Assembly: GCA_003427395.1 (NCBI GenBank)
Contig: BFEA01000015.1
Span: 6,283,528 to 6,347,527, forward strand
Direction: 5' to 3'
Length of the DNA: 64,000 bases
From: Chara braunii
Lineage: Eukaryota > Plantae > Charophyceae
In this document: piece after piece, positions 12,498-24,978 of the stretch
Layout of the letters: each line of letters opens with the position of its first letter
How positions within the stretch are numbered: the first letter of the stretch is position 1
Made by a program: the position numbers and the translations under genes
Notes under the pieces: generated by a model
What the model was told of the DNA's origin: nothing
Databases searched by the model: none
The model's input: only the letters and a program-made list of their open reading frames with translations

Positions 12498-12535
12498 CTG
12501 TCTCTTATACACATCTAGATGTGTATAAGAGACAG
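12498..12535. other. Nextera mate-pair junction adapter (assembly artefact)
   Basis: Exact 38-bp junction adapter, flanked by a 23-bp duplication (GCGTGAACGTGTGTGTAAGAGGT). Confidence 0.98.
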
Positions 12536-12906
12536 GCGTGAACGTGTGTGTAAGAGGTAGTGCTGACTCTTTCACGGTTTTCACCGCGGTAAAATGAGCG
12601 TTTTCACGGAACAAAATGCCGAGGATCATGGCTACTACAACTACATGCAGTGGTTCGTGGTCAACATCCTCCTCGCGGAGGAATTTCACCGCGCAGACTT
12701 GCTTGGCGATTTACGGATTATTCCGGCAGGATCTTGATTTACCTCACCATGTCGACGGGCTGTACTGCCTTTCCACCAACTACGATCACATACTGGCAGG
12801 AGAGGTAGTGCTGACTCTTTCGGTTATCCGCGTCGTGAGAGTTACCGAGATGACTCTGTAAACACCAACAACGGTGAAAAGAAATCGATCCAAGTCTTGG
12901 GGTCTC

Positions 12907-13063
12907 GCCGCACGGCACACGAAACGAAAACGAAACGAGTGCATCTGCCCAACAACTTAAAAAGGTGGCAAAATACACTCGCATTTATAGCAAACCGATG
13001 AACCTGGCCATTTTCTGTTGGAAGATTCATTCGTTTTGTTTTTCGTTTCGTGTGTCGTGCGGC
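12907..13063. repeat. Long inverted repeat (hairpin/MITE-like)
   Basis: GCCGCACGGCACACGAAACGAAAACGAAACGAG...CCAACA pairs with TGTTGG...TCGTTTTGTTTTTCGTTTCGTGTGTCGTGCGGC, giving ~50-bp arms. A poly(A) follows at 13136-13186. Confidence 0.8.
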
Positions 13064-13135
13064 AACAACGTTGGACCTGGAGATCACCAGCCGACTAACT
13101 TACAAGTTCCGGATCCGGACGTCACCAGAAGTGTG

Positions 13136-13188
<53 letters not shown>

Positions 13189-13915
13189 AGAAGAAGAACT
13201 GTAACAGGCCGTTTTGGGTGATGGAGGTCACACTGTTTAGCAGCTCTCATCGCCTTGGCTGAGGAAAACCGGCATTTTCCTTGCTTGGTGAATGCTCCGA
13301 GTTGCGTGTTATCTTCAGACCGAATGGTCAGAGAGTCGGCAGACATTGTTCCGCGCAGTAGAGACGCGCGAGCTTTCACGTCTGGACCAGCTCAGTGTGT
13401 GCAGTGCTTCCAAGATCCGGTGATTGGTTATCCGTCAAGTTTTGTTGTCCACAGTGTCTTTAAAAAGATTGCTCATCAGCGGTGTTTCCGCACAAGCTTC
13501 GCCATCTTCACGAGCCTCGTTATCAGCGGCTCTCTCGGAAAGCTCAGTCCTCCGTGCAAACTCGCCATCCAGTGTTATTCTTCCCTGCGCTTCCTCAGAT
13601 CAGGGGGTTCCGCAGCAGTATATGTATTAGACAAGCAGAACTGGCAGGGTCTCCAACCTGAAGTGAAGTGGTTATGAATGAGCCAGCACAGTCAAGGGCT
13701 CGATCGCCTCTGTTGGCTCCAGCATCATCAGAATCACACCAAACAAGGGTGTAGGAACTTACTATGACACGATTTTACGAAGACGGTTTATATCCCCGCC
13801 CCGAGGACGTTCCTTGCGATGGGGTAGAGATTTAAGGGCAGGAGACTATCATCAGCCTGAGGGTAAATCCAATGATTGATAAAACCAAAGTTAGGTGGCA
13901 GCATTGGTGGCTTAA

Positions 13916-15436
13916 ACCACCAGTACTCGGCCCACCAGCTATCGGTCGTGGCGCTTTCCCGCGCGCCACACCTTTAGGGCTTCGGGGTATCGACTGAACA
14001 GAGCATGAAAAAGGGGATAAAGGGGGAGGGGGAGAAAACTTCGCCCAGGACCGGACGCCTGATACTTACTGCCACACGCTAATTCCTCCGTGTCTCTATG
14101 ATCCCCAGTCCCTAGATGTATATACCAGGCCTTGTCCTACCCTCTCTTCCTTCGTCCCATGTCTGCTCCCCCGTTCCTCCTCTCTAGCTTCCGTACCATC
14201 TCAAATCCACCAGACTATTGGTCGGGGGGGGGAAGGGGTCAGGGAAATCATCCGTTGTTCTCATTGGAATTGAGGAGTCCACCTTGGTCCATTCATGGAA
14301 ATACAGCCGATAGTCTTTACTCAACCCTTCCTCCTCTTGATTTCTCTGTGTGTTCCTTTTCACCCTCCCCATCTTTCCCCCCTTGTTTTCCCCCCGAGCC
14401 ATCTTGTCCAGAAGTCCTGCACTTTTTGGTCTTACTCTTGTTGTATATGTGTGTGGCGGATTTGGGCTTCGACATCTTCCCAGTGAGTTGTTATCACTGT
14501 TTGGATTTGTTTGTATGATTTCAGTAAATTCAGGGCCTTCCAATCTCACACGGCAATCAATGCTCACAGGAATCTCCCCCAACTGGTTCTCTAATGTACA
14601 CTCTAAATCCGGTCATTATCAGGCAGGCATTATAAGAAATTGACAGCTGGGACTGGGTCTGATAGAGAACGGGAGGAACTAGTGCGTAGCTGCAAATATC
14701 TGGCGCCCGGTTCTAGGCGAAGAGGTTCTCCTCACTTTCAGCCCCTGCTCAGTCAATCCCCTGTCTCCAGGGCAATCAACGCTGGCAGAAACCTCTCTCA
14801 ATTGTTTCTCTAATGTGCTCTGAATTCAGCATGTAAATGGGACGCTGGACCCGTTTTCCAGAGGGTGATGCTCCCGACCAATAGATGGAGCCTCTCCCTG
14901 TGTTCTAGTGGTGTCTGATCTTATCAGCGTTCCGAAGTGAAAGGATTACTACTTCCTACCGACTAACCATTAATAGCATTGTGCGATTACTACCAAACTG
15001 ATTCCCCTGCTCTCGGTCCTAATACTCTGGCTGGCTATCGTTGACCCAAACCCGTAGAGAAACTTTTTTCAAGGGACGGACAAAGGAACAGACCTGACCG
15101 GACTGTGGTCCGACTTTGGCCTACCGCTCTCGGCCTTACTTTGGCCTTTTCAGTCTACTTGGACTCTCGCTACAGTTTCCTCCCAATCTGGGGCACATTT
15201 TCAGCAAAAGCACCTCATTCCCTTCTGGATCATCGCAAGCGGGTACGATTGTAACCTTAGCTCGCATTTCACCGTGAGCAGGCTTTCCTCAATCTGGCAA
15301 CCCGGCATCGTGCATTCCCTAATCTTGTGGAGCATCCCATTAATTAGGGTCCGCTTCTGTTTCTGGCTTGTAAACGACGGAAGTCCTGAAAACTCTTATA
15401 TCCCAACATCTAGAAGTTGGGCCAAGTACTGGTGGT
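13916..15436. mobile_element. Non-autonomous TIR element with TTAA flanks
   Basis: TTAA|ACCACCAGTACTCGGCCCA ... TGGGCCAAGTACTGGTGGT|TTAA. Confidence 0.7.
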
Positions 15437-16110
15437 TTAAAGAAAGAACTGTAGTCGTCTTATTCAAGGACACGTCAAAAGATCTACCAAGAAAGGCGAC
15501 ACTGGACGTCATCCGAGCCTATGAGAGTGTGTGGTCCAGGAGAGAGCTGAAGGGAAGGGCAACATAATCAGCCCTTAGGGAATACACAGCTCCAATGAAA
15601 AACCTTAAATGACCGTGATCCCAGACACTAGAACTATGTTTCCATGGGACGCTGGACCCAGTTTCCAGCAGGTGACGCTCCCCACCAATAGATGGAGCAG
15701 CCCAAGGAACAAGCCTTCAATCCCAGTGGCTCTCTTACCACCACCGAGATAGTGGGTTTGGAAAAGGGCTTTCTTCCAAAAAAAAAAAAAAGAGAGTGTG
15801 TGGTGCAGAGATGGAGTATTCGAGATCCACCTGCTTAAAGAGCCACCATCAAGTTTGGAGGTACCAATGTCCTGGCTTTTCTTCTTCTTCTTTTTTTTTT
15901 TTTTTTTTGCTCACATCTCTCATGGGTGCAAGTGGTGCTGGTAGGAGCAGGCACCACTATCACCCCTTGGGAGGCTCCTCGATCGGTCGGACCGGACCGT
16001 GTTCATAAATTATAAGGGGTGGAGCTTCAGCGGTACGAATGTCCTGGCTTACGTAGCCAGAGACAGGACAGGGGCATGTTGGCTCATTCAGCAGAGAGAA
16101 TACAAAGTAA

Positions 16111-17526
16111 ACCACCAGTACTTGGCCCATACATCGGCTGCGGGTGTTTCCCGTTAACGGGCACCACTATCACCCCTAGGGAGGCTCCTCGATCGGTCGG
16201 ACTGGACCATGTTTATAAACTATTAGTAGAGTGGAGCTTCAGCGGTATGAATGTCCTGGCTTACGTAGCCAGAGACAGGACGGGCATGTTGGCTCGTTCA
16301 GCAGAGAGAATACATAGTTCTGTGGTATGGCATCTCTTCTTCCATTAGTTTTGGAAGGTTTAAACCACCAGTACTTTGCCCATACATAGGCCGCGGGCGT
16401 TTCCCGTCAACGCGCCTCGACTGATGGGCTTCGGGCTGCCGGACCACAATGGCCGGTGGCGGCAGCCAAAAGAAAAACAATCGACACGGCAGCTCGGCAA
16501 AACTTGGTGTGCAGGACGTTTCCCTGCTCAGCATCAATAGCTGGGCCAAGTACTGGTGGTTTAAATGGCAAGAGTCAGATCCCACTACCTTGGATTATTC
16601 ATTTTTGACCGTACGTTGGCTCGTTCAGCAGAGAGAATTCAGCTACAATGACCGTACGTTGCGTCCGGGGGAAGACTGTACGGCCTTTCAGTTTCACGAT
16701 GATATCCACAGGCTGTTTCCCTTTCAATATAGGTAGGAGTAGTGGTACGTAGGTAGTGTGAGGAAATATTGAGAGAAGAGTATATAGTTAAAAAAAAAAA
16801 AAGAAAAAAAAAAAAGACAAAAGGATTAAAAAAAATAACGGCAAAACCAACGGCTTAGCTCACCTTGGTTTGTACACCCGTAAACTGTTGAAATGCAAAC
16901 GGGAGTTGGAACCCAGATGGAACCAGATGGATGCGTATGTGAAAATGCCTGAATTCATTAGAAATGATCCAGTTTCACGATGAAATCTAAAGGCTGTCAA
17001 CCTTCTCCGAAAAAAAAAAGGGAAGAAAAAAAAAGGAGAAAAGAAATATAAAAAAAAAAAAAGGAAAGAATCATTGGTTGCAATATCACTACTGACCGTC
17101 GAAAATGCTCTCCCTGACAAAGGGGAGGAGGCGGGGGGGAGTGGGGGGGGCGCCGGAGGAAGGAAAGGCTTTTTAAAGAGAGAAAAAAACACCTGCGATA
17201 ACTAAAAAGAAAAAGAAAAAAAAAGAAAAATTCCTGCACATACTGGCTTGGCTTCAGCGTGCACACACACTTGTATACATATTGGAGCTAGACCCATAAG
17301 ATAAATTCGCAAATCCGAAATAATAGCAGAAACGTGTACTTCGATTCGTGACAATCGTCAAACCACTTGTACTTCCTCGAGTCGAGCCCGTTAACGCGCG
17401 AAGATTGTAGGAAACGTACGCCTCACTACAGGAGCGCCCAATTTCATCCGACTAGAAACGTTTCTACTCTTTTTTTTTTTTTTTTTTTTCCCGCGGCGGA
17501 TAGCTGGGCCTAAAAGTACTGGTGGT
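16111..17526. mobile_element. Older TTAA-family TIR element containing a nested copy
   Basis: ACCACCAGTACTTGGCCCA at 16111 and a degenerate CTGGGCCTAAAAGTACTGGTGGT at ~17504-17526; the flanks are degenerate (GTAA/TCAA). Confidence 0.45.
16364..16560. mobile_element. ~197-bp TTAA-flanked MITE
   Basis: TTAA|ACCACCAGTACTTTGCCCA ... TGGGCCAAGTACTGGTGGT|TTAA. Confidence 0.8.
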
Positions 17527-18338
17527 TCAAAATTGGAAACATACATAGAAAGATCTTTATTTCTATTTTTTTTTCAGAGAAAGAAGATCTATATTTTGAG
17601 AATTTGGAACAGCTGGGATTGGTAGTCGAGCTTGGCTCGTTAGCGAAACTGGCTGAGGCTGCCAGGATAACTCCGGGTCGAATTGTGAGGTCCCCGTCCT
17701 CGTCCCAAAGTTTCTTTTTTGGTCAATGCAATGATAATGTTTTCCAAAAAAAAAAAAACAACGATCTTTTCAGAGCATGGCACCCGTGTGCAAGAACGAC
17801 ATGCATAAAAAGAAAAGAAAAGAAAGAAAGGGCCTAGTTGCACTACCGCCATAGGCCAACCATAGGCCAAGTTTGGCGAGTAGGCGCCTGGTTGCACTTA
17901 CTCGCCAAACTTGACGAATGCAAAATGTGTCAGACGGCTCTCCACACCGTCGACACAACTTGTGGGGAGTGAAATCAGTTTCCCCGCCTGTGCACGGCGG
18001 TTTGTGGAGGGTGGTCTTCGGACCTCGCCACAAAACAGCTTTCTGGAGAGTGCAGGGCTTCACGAGTCGACATGGGGGAGACAATTTTTTTTAACGTTTC
18101 TGTAGAAGAAATCTCGTGGCGAGTACATCCAACCAGGCCTCGAGTTGGACACGATTCAAACGCAAAGAAAAGAAAAAAAGCAGAAACGTGCACTGTAAAA
18201 AGTTGGGACCTACGTAGATAGCATCCTACTTATTTTTTGAAAACAAAATTCAAAGCAATTTTTTTTTTTTTTGGACTTCCGAACCTTTCTTTATACGTAT
18301 GGAAGGGTGCAATCAATAAACTCGCACTTAATCATTTT

Positions 18339-19090
18339 GGGCTTCGCTGCACACCTACTCTCGACATGCGCAAAAAACACATGTGCCAATGTATCTTTCC
18401 GTATTCTGGCGGAGGATTCAGTGTCATTTTCCACACTCCGAGAACAGTGGAGCGAGTGCCATTGGTTCTAGAAAACGTCCGAAAATGTTCTCCCTGACCA
18501 AAAAAAAAAAAAAAAACTCCAAAATGTTATCCCTGATTATAAAATAGACTACGCATACATTCGATGATGCCGGCACAATGGGGCTCGCTGCACTACCTCT
18601 TGAAATGTGCAAAAAGAGTGAATCTTCGGCTAGAATATGGAAAGATACACCGCCAATATTTTTGTCTTTTGTGAATGTCGAGAGTAATGCAGCGACGCCC
18701 AATGCCGGCACATTTCACATTATGCCCTCCTCTTACCACGAGACTTGCCGGGCAGACATTGGACGAGGCACATGTACGACACTCGTATAATATCAAAACT
18801 CGCTCAGAAAAGCCATAAAAACGATTTAAAAAAGACGACAGCTGCAATTAACAATGATGAGAATGTCTTAAAAATAAAAAACATAAAAATAAAAAGAACA
18901 AGAAGAAGAAAGAGGATAAGAAGAAGAAAGTGGATAAGAAGAAGAAGAAGAAATGATGACAATGGGCCTCGCTGCTCTACTCTCGAAATGTGCAAAACGA
19001 GAATGTATCTTCCGCTTGAATATGGAAAAATACACCGTCATGATTTTTGTCTTTTGTGCATGCGGAGAGTAGTGCAGCGAGGCCCAATGT
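18339..19090. mobile_element. Three copies of a ~125-bp fold-back MITE family (CACTCTCGAAATGTGCA...TGTCGAGAGTAGTGCAGCG)
   Basis: Copies at ~18339-18462 (inverted), 18575-18705 and 18960-19090. Further copies at ~24508-24637, 26288-26415, 26680-26812, 62200-62312 and 62385-62478. Confidence 0.75.
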
Positions 19091-19284
19091 CACGTATGAA
19101 GGCGATACGACAGCTGGAATTATGGTCACAACGGAAACGTAGCGAAGGCGCATGCAACGGTACTCGATAGGAAAAAGGAGAATAGAATCCCAAATGAAAG
19201 AAAAGTAAAACCCGGTTCATCGTCTTCTTAATATATCGTCGCCCACAATACACCCGCAGGCACTGAGCATGCAAAAGGAGAACT

Positions 19285-19490
19285 GACACCCTCCCAGAAA
19301 GTTCAAAAATAGACACAGAAAAACAAAATACACCCCACCCCAAAAAAAAAAGACACCCTACCAAAAACAAAAAAAAAGACACCCTAAAAAACAGAAAAAC
19401 TAGAAAAGACAACCCCACCCAAAAAAAAGACCTTACCAAAAAAAAAAGAAAGACACCCTACCAACAAAAAAAAAAGACACCCTACCAACT
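19285..19490 (+). repeat. GACACCCTACC + A-tract minisatellite
   Basis: Several GACACCCTACCAA units separated by oligo-A. Confidence 0.75.
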
Positions 19491-20804
19491 GGCCTAACTC
19501 AGTTAGGCCACACATGTGCTGTTGAAATACACGTCTGCTTTCGAGTTCCGGCGGAATCAGACGAACGAACGCAACGCCGAATTTAGCTGCGGCCAGTCAG
19601 ATCAAGATGATATCTCACGGCTGTCACCCTTTCAAAAAAAAAAAAAAAAAAAAAAAAAGAACCCACACCTTCAGGCACGGAAAGTAAAACACGGTTCTTA
19701 ATTCGTTGACGTCCAGATTATCCAAGCAGTTGCCTTCTTCTTCACAAACAACGCCACTTAACGACTGGAAACAACACGCAAATTTTCAATTAAAAAAACA
19801 CAAAAAACACGCAAATTCGTTGACACCGGAACTTGTTGGAAGTAACTTTTTAATTGTGTGTCATGCAGAGTCGTCAATTGAAAAAAACACGCAAATTTTC
19901 AATTAAATAAACACAAAACAAACACACTCAACACAATCCCTACTCCACCCGTTTCATCAGCACACCACTCTCCCTTGTACTACGCCCTCTCTGCCTCTCC
20001 GTCTCCGTCTCCCTCTCCCTCTCCCTCCCTCTGCCTCCTACCTGTCAACCGATTCTCCGTTCCAACAACCAAGCATTGACTTAAGGAAATAAGTTCACTT
20101 TCTCTCAAGTAGTCACCCACCATCCTGCGAAACCACAGCCAAGGGGAGGGCACGGAAGAAAGACAAAAAAAAAAAAAAAAAAAACACGAAAACTTAAAAT
20201 CCGTTCGCACCCACCATCCTTCGAAGCGAAACCACAACCAAGGGAAGGGCGTGGAAGAATTACAAAAAATAACAATAATAATTAAATAAAAATAAAATAA
20301 AATAACGAAAAAAAAAAACGGCAACTTCAAATACGTGTGGAAATACGTTACGTAACTTCCTATTTAAGGTCGTCAACTGAAAATCCGAAAACTTCGAAGA
20401 GAAGTGCAATCGACTCCAAGCCATCAGAGCCGTCTCACAGCCCCCTATGCTCCCCTCTCATCATATATCACCCTCCCCTTCTACACTCTTTCTCCACACC
20501 CCTCTCATCATATATACGAGTTCCTGTGAAACGACTCCCACCTTCATGTATCTAATATCTGAACAGATATATGCCCCCTCGCATCCGTCGTCATGACCAT
20601 ATCCGACTCTTCGGCTTCACTAAGCACAGAACATCCGCTTCATACAACGCACATCCCTACCGACCACCGAACCTCTACCCGTATCCATTCTAGGCCTTGT
20701 ATAGGCTCAGTCCAACCTCACATGCATCCCCCATCCGACCGACTTCAAGCAAACCTGCTCTGTCAATGCCGTCTCTCAGACGTTACTTCCGTCTTCGATG
20801 GAGG

Positions 20805-20915
20805 GCTCTCTCTCTCTCTTCTCTATGTCTATCTCTCTCCGCCACAAAGGCAGAGAGGGAGAAGCTGGCCCAAGTGTGCCCCACTTGTGGCAAGAGCTGA
20901 TGTGCCACGACACTT

Positions 20916-20978
<63 letters not shown>

Positions 20979-21112
20979 GCTCGCTCGCTCGCTCGCTCGC
21001 TCGCTCGCTCTTCTCTATGTCTATCTCTCTCCCCCACAAAGGCAGAGAGGGAGAAGCTGGGAGCCCAAGTGTGCCCCACTTGTGGCAAAAACGGATGTGC
21101 CACGACACTTGA
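20805..21112 (+). repeat. Tandem ~105-bp duplication around a (CT)n/(CGCT)n microsatellite
   Basis: CTTCTCTATGTCTATCTCTCTCC...GTGCCACGACACTTG occurs twice; (CT)n lies at ~20918-20976. Confidence 0.9.
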
Positions 21113-22199
21113 GTGACTGGCACAGCAAGTGAAACCGTACACGACAGTTCGTCGTCTACTGGCGGTGACAACGTCTTCCATCGTTAGACATGTAGCAGCT
21201 GTTAGCGTCTGCCTGCAATCTATCTAACCTCATCCTATGCTTCCTCTACGCACCAAACAGCAGACATTATGCACATACCAACCTCGCCACAACACCAGCA
21301 AATAGAAGCCTACAAGACTGCTCGTTGTCCACTTAAGGTGGTCAACAAACACCTCTTACACCTCTTACATCTTTGTGCACCCCAGCAGCTATTAACTGTG
21401 CCTGCAATCCTGCAATCCTGCAATCTACATCTTCCCCCGAACAGAACGCACGGCCATAATGCACGTATCTAGACTGAAAGTTGGCCCAAATTCGGCTATA
21501 GTCGTCATCCTTGGCTTCCTGTACCTCTTCCTCCGAATACAACGCACGGCCATAGTGGCACGTACCTAGACTGAAAGTTGCCCCAAATGCGGCTAGTCCT
21601 AATCATCGGCTTCCTGTAAGCATCACACCGCAGACAGTAAGCACATACCGCCCTCGCCAACCGCAGCAATGACAAAACAAGCATCACATACGTGACCGCT
21701 CGTCTGTCGCTGGCTGACGGGCATGCTGAGGCTTTCAGCACCTTTCCTTGCAACGAATACACGACGCTACCTAGTTAGTGACGCAGGGATTTCCTCAAGT
21801 AGGGAACCCCCTGATCTCTTGAATGTTCCGTGAAGCTACACCGCGCCGCGCGCTTCCTATGTCAATTACCCTATCCTGCAGTAGTCAATGACGTACAGGC
21901 TTTTCCTCACTACCCCACCGTCTTCACCCGCATATAACGCCCGGACCTTACAGCTGTATTTGGGCCACTTTTCAGTCCAAATACAGCACTTTTGGGGCCA
22001 CTTTTCAGTCCGTTTGCAGCTATAGTGACGAGGCGTTCTATTCGTGTGAAGACGGTCGGTGGTCCGCGCCAGCTATTCTTTAGGTATGGCTGGCCTCGGC
22101 ATTATCGATGGACTGCAGTGAGAGTTGACATATTGCACGACGCCGACGGACACCTAACACCTCAAACATCTCGCGCAACGATAACGCCCAAAGAAAAAA

Positions 22200-22420
22200 G
22201 AATTCAGCATCTTCATCACCCACCTAATGAACAAAAGAAACGAAGCAAAGAAGAAAGAATTATGCACATTCACCCGCCTAATGAACAAACAAAACAGCAA
22301 GGAAGAAAGAATTGTGCATCTTTGCCCGCCTAATGAACAATCACCTTCACCCGCCTAATGAACGAACAACAAAACGAAGCAAGGAAGAAATAATGTGCAT
22401 CTTTACCCGCCTAATGACCA
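22200..22420 (+). repeat. ~55-bp minisatellite
   Basis: CACCCGCCTAATGAAC-like unit repeated about five times. Confidence 0.8.
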
Positions 22421-24978
22421 ATCAAAAGCACTTCAATAGGCCGGTTCATACAAATCACACAGTACACAGTACGTCTGCTGCTATAAGTATGTACGGAAAA
22501 GGAGCCAATTGAATTTCGAAAAAAATGTTCACAAAACATAGATCGATCGAAAGAGAGTTTGACTACAAGGCGTCCACGGAGAGGCCTCAGATTTCAAGAC
22601 TCACCACGTCCCCGACCGTCCCTTCAAAGACCACTCTATATCACCTCCCCCTCTCCCCTCTCCCGTCTCCCCTCTCCCCTCCCCCTCCCGCCCCACCTCC
22701 CCTTCCCTCGCAGCTCCTGCTCCTTCAGAGAGCAAAATATGCCAGCCTCCACTCCTCGTCCCACCTAATGTCAACCCCGATACCACCAAGTCCAATACAC
22801 CAACCCCCTTCCCCTCTCTGCCCCCTTCGTGGGGAAGCAAACCAAGCCAAACCACCAAGTCGTGTTTGCCTGGCAAGCCGTAGGTTGTGTATTCGATTCA
22901 TGGTTTGGACATGCACGAACCCACAGTCGGTTCGATTTGCTTATTGCTTTTTGCTTAACCCCCATCGAACGGCGAGGCGCCAGGTTGTGTTGGCCTGGCA
23001 AGCCGTAGGTTTTCCGTTCGATGCTCGGTTTGGACATACACGAGCCCACAGTCGGTTCGGCTTGCTTCGCTTATCACCCCAATCCATCGCCCGGGATCGA
23101 CACCTAGAAATGAAGAGTGCGGTCGATTGGAACTGGGCCTCGGCTCTGACAGACAACACGGCAGACAATCCACGTGTCAGGCCGACCCCGACCATCTCCT
23201 GATGCCCCGACTGAAACCGCAAGCAAGCACCTACAGCACCTCCATCCGTCCAATGGTGCGGAAAGAACCAAGGACAAGGTAGCTGCCTGCCTACGGCAAC
23301 GCCGCCGTTAGTCCCCTCCCCTACCCCTTCTCCCCGTCACAACCATCCGTGCCAGTCTCTAGACCTAAGCCCATGCCACTAAGGGAACTCGCACCCCGGG
23401 ACTTTTTCGACGGAGCTCTGGACGTGATTCGGGTCAGATGCGGCCAGCTGCGGTCGTAATTGCAATCAGATACATGCCTTGAAGCGACGACATGCTCATG
23501 CTGGCTGATTGGCGCCCATAACATAACGGTTTGTGCCCCTGCAAGAACAACTCGATCGGCTGGCTGACAGTCGTTCTCCGGTAGGACAGCCGCTGTGTCA
23601 TCCTCAGTAATTTCCCATGGTAAAGTAGCTTTTCAAAATATAGGGTCACTCCACTGAGCCCGAATGTTTGGCCGCCGCAGCCGACGGCAACGAGGCAACG
23701 ATGCCATGTCAAACCAATGAATGAATAGCAGCAGTCCTTAGCGAACGGAAGGGAAAGAAAAGAAAAAAGGACAATCTTTGACAGTCGAAAACAAAAAAAA
23801 ATCATCGTCAATTACGCACGCGCGACCGACATCGCTGCGCAACACAGCAGCCAGCCGACTCTGGCGCGTACCAAAAAACAAAATAAAACAATAGATGGAT
23901 GCCAAGCCGCCCACCGCTCTTACCAATCCCCTACAAAGCAAGAAGAGAACCTTCACCTGACCTCATCCTGCCTTACGCCCAAGAAAGACCCCACTCTCAG
24001 CACGTAGTAGACGCCATAAAGACGCCACACACATAGTCACATCAAACACCACCTCCCCCGTCCGCCCCCCCCACTAAAAGTACCCGTTCCCGCGTTGTGG
24101 TACACTGTATTCCGCGCCCAACAATTCCTCCCCCGTTTGCTCCCTCCGCTGTGCAAAAAAGGCGCGACCGCTCCGCCGCCCCTTCGAAAAGGGTGGAGCC
24201 AAGATGTACTACTGACTTGACCATATATTGCATAATCTAATAATAATTTACGAAAAGCCCAATCAGCAAGATTTCAGATTAAAGCGCCTACCAAACCCCA
24301 TCCGTCCAAATCAGCAAACCCCTTCCCTCGCCTCAAACACTACGTGGAGTCCAAAATACACACGACACCTTGCACTACCTACCTCAACCCCGTTCTCCTC
24401 ATCTTGTCCACAACTTACGCGCACGACCAACAACCTTACCACCTCACAAACCACGTCCATGAACAACGGCGTCAACCACTGCGGAGCCGAAGAAACACAC
24501 ACCACAGAGGGCCTCGCTCACCTACTCTCGACATGCACAAAAAGACCACACACATCGCGATATAGCATTTTTCCACGCTCTAGCGGAAGATTCACTCTCG
24601 TTTTGCACGATGCGAGGGCAATGGAGTGAGGCCCATAGTGCATTACATTACTTACCTCAGCATCCGAAATTCTCCACTCATCTTGCCCGCAAAACTTGCC
24701 TGCCTGCATGGCCAAAAAACTTATCATTATCACCCCCCCACAAACCGGTCCGTGAAACAACGCCCCTCAAACACTGTGGAGGGCCAAAATACAGCAGCAG
24801 ATACCATGCATTTTTACCCACTCCTCATGCATTTTTACCCACCACACTTCCGTTTACCTCATCCTCATATCGTCCAAACGACGATTCCATGGCAAGGCCG
24901 GCCCACGACATCACCACTACCATCAATCTCACCAACTTGCCCGCGCGGCGGCTAATCCCTATCACTCCTGAACTGAAT

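Noticed and set aside
14905-14930. U2 snRNA-like GTGTCTGATCTTATCAG
   Set aside because: The match is short and is not retained in other copies of the same repeat.
17529-17557. Third U6-like stretch (AAAATTGGAAACATACATAGAAAGAT)
   Set aside because: It is short, A-rich and gapped, and could be chance.
17675-17710. HDV-like ribozyme (AGG-TCCCCGT-CCT); also GGCTAATG at ~12018 and 61902
   Set aside because: P1, P1.1, P4 and P2 cannot be completed, and the paralog at ~34580 breaks the loop consensus.
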